Of a stretch of 64,000 nt of DNA, positions 63,389 to 64,000 are shown in pieces. The DNA is from Patescibacteria group bacterium (GTDB taxonomy: Bacteria > Patescibacteriota > Minisyncoccia > Phycocordibacterales > Phycocordibacteraceae), in NCBI GenBank assembly GCA_018826905.1, contig JAHJYC010000005.1, positions 46,681 through 110,680 of the forward strand, given 5' to 3'. The notes beneath the pieces are model-generated. The model was not told the DNA's origin and made no database searches. It worked only from the letters and a program-made list of their open reading frames with translations. A program made the translations under genes and the position numbers. How positions within the stretch are numbered: the stretch's first letter is position 1; every line of letters starts with the position of its first letter.

Positions 63389-64000
63389 ATGGCTCCAAAG
63401 AAACCTGCAAAGAAGGTAGTTAAGAAAGTTGCTGCTAAGAAAGCGGTAAAGAAAACAGCACCTAAGAAGGTTGTTAAAAAAACTGTAGCAAAGAAGCCTG
63501 CAAAAAAGGTTGCTGCGAAGAAGACTGCAGTTAAAAAGACGGTTAAGAAAGAGCAACTAAAGAACGTTGTTCGCGCGGCTGCTAAAGGTGCAAAAGCAAA
63601 GGCGGCAGCACAAAAGCTTGATAAGGCAGAAATGCTAATCAAGAAGGGTAAGGAGCGCGGATACATTACATACAGTGAGATTCTTAAGGAATTTCCACAT
63701 GTAGAGGACGATATCATTTTCCTTGATGAGCTGTATGAGCGATTTACCGTTGCTGGCATTGATATTCTTGAAGGAGGAATGCTTGAGGATGCTACAGACC
63801 AGTATCTTGCAACTCGCAATATTAAGGGCCGTGACTCTGCAGCGTACGACTCAATCCAGATTTATTTGAGAGAGATCGGACAGTACCCACTTCTAACTGC
63901 TGCAGAGGAGAGAGAGCTTGCGCAGAGAATTGAGCGTGGAGATGATGAGGCTCGCAACATTCTTGCTCGCTCCAATCTCCGTCTCGTTGTGTCTATTGCT
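63389..64000 (+). CDS. rpoD: RNA polymerase sigma-70 factor RpoD with a ~60-aa Lys/Ala-rich (AKK)n N-terminal extension. The 3' end is truncated by the window edge.
   Basis: ATG 63389. 'PKKPAKKVVKKVAAKK...'. Region 1.2/2.1 'YLREIGQYPLLTAAEERELAQRIERGDDEARNILARSNLRLVVSIA'. It follows dnaG, matching the conserved operon. Confidence 0.88.
   Translation, partial: MAPKKPAKKVVKKVAAKKAVKKTAPKKVVKKTVAKKPAKKVAAKKTAVKKTVKKEQLKNVVRAAAKGAKAKAAAQKLDKAEMLIKKGKERGYITYSEILKEFPHVEDDIIFLDELYERFTVAGIDILEGGMLEDATDQYLATRNIKGRDSAAYDSIQIYLREIGQYPLLTAAEERELAQRIERGDDEARNILARSNLRLVVSIA

Noticed and set aside
63379-63819. Minus-strand 146-aa ORF.
   Set aside because: It is the antisense of the Lys-rich rpoD 5' region. 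The plus frame gives a clear sigma-70 extending to the window edge.
1-64000. Alternative genetic code (UGA recoding), as in some CPR lineages.
   Set aside because: Core genes (rpoB, rpoC, gyrB, dnaE, aaRS) read through to normal stops with no in-frame TGA. The standard code fits.

Overview
This window reads as a gene-dense, reduced-genome bacterial chromosome segment of roughly 45-50% GC. I infer a Candidate Phyla Radiation / Patescibacteria (Parcubacteria-like) origin from several features: multiple prepilin-type pilin genes, shortened aminoacyl-tRNA synthetases, a split transketolase, ribosomal proteins with low-complexity tails, and a short SMC. The genetic code is standard, with no in-frame TGA in core genes.

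Content, 5' to 3':
- A 5'-truncated giant (>1700 aa) tail-fibre-like repeat protein with an internal S74 intramolecular-chaperone domain, an Ig-like domain and a Pro/Ala repeat tail.
- A pentose-phosphate / lower-glycolysis cluster: gap, rpiB, an rpe-like gene, split tkt N and C subunits, a PfkB kinase and a class I fba. It is interspersed with three of the four type-IV-pilin-like genes in the window.
- Three pilin genes sit next to a paralogous ~80-aa single-TM protein; the fourth has only a tentative candidate nearby.
- A surface-protein locus: a coiled-coil lytic transglycosylase, two CARDB/Ig-repeat paralogs sharing an ~870-bp duplicated 3' module that ends in ...IPEFEEF, and a TolB-like protein.
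- rpmE(type B)-prfA-rpsB-tsf, then tRNA-Thr(UGU).
- A processive GT2 synthase with a CxxC thioredoxin-like partner.
- pheS-pheT, then gyrB.
- A CARDB protein, a sortase, and a 711-aa protein with a poly-Pro tract, four Ig repeats, a poly-Gly tract and a second TM.
- thrS, dnaE, rnhB and rpmF (behind an unusual 400-nt non-coding leader).
- A NusB-Nudix fusion, rnc, a short SMC, gdhA, rnr, rpsP, a KH protein and trmD.
- rpoB-rpoC, an orphan XRE-HTH gene on the opposite strand, then dnaG (degenerate zinc finger) and rpoD (lysine-rich N-terminal tail, 3' truncated).

Two ~1.1-kb patches (about 33280-34340 and 52830-53935) are strikingly GC-rich (~62%) with GC3-biased codons. Each has its own SD sequence and terminator. 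One encodes a twin-arginine-signal protein and the other a polytopic membrane protein, so they look like foreign insertions. No CRISPR arrays, rRNA genes, transposases or integrases were seen.
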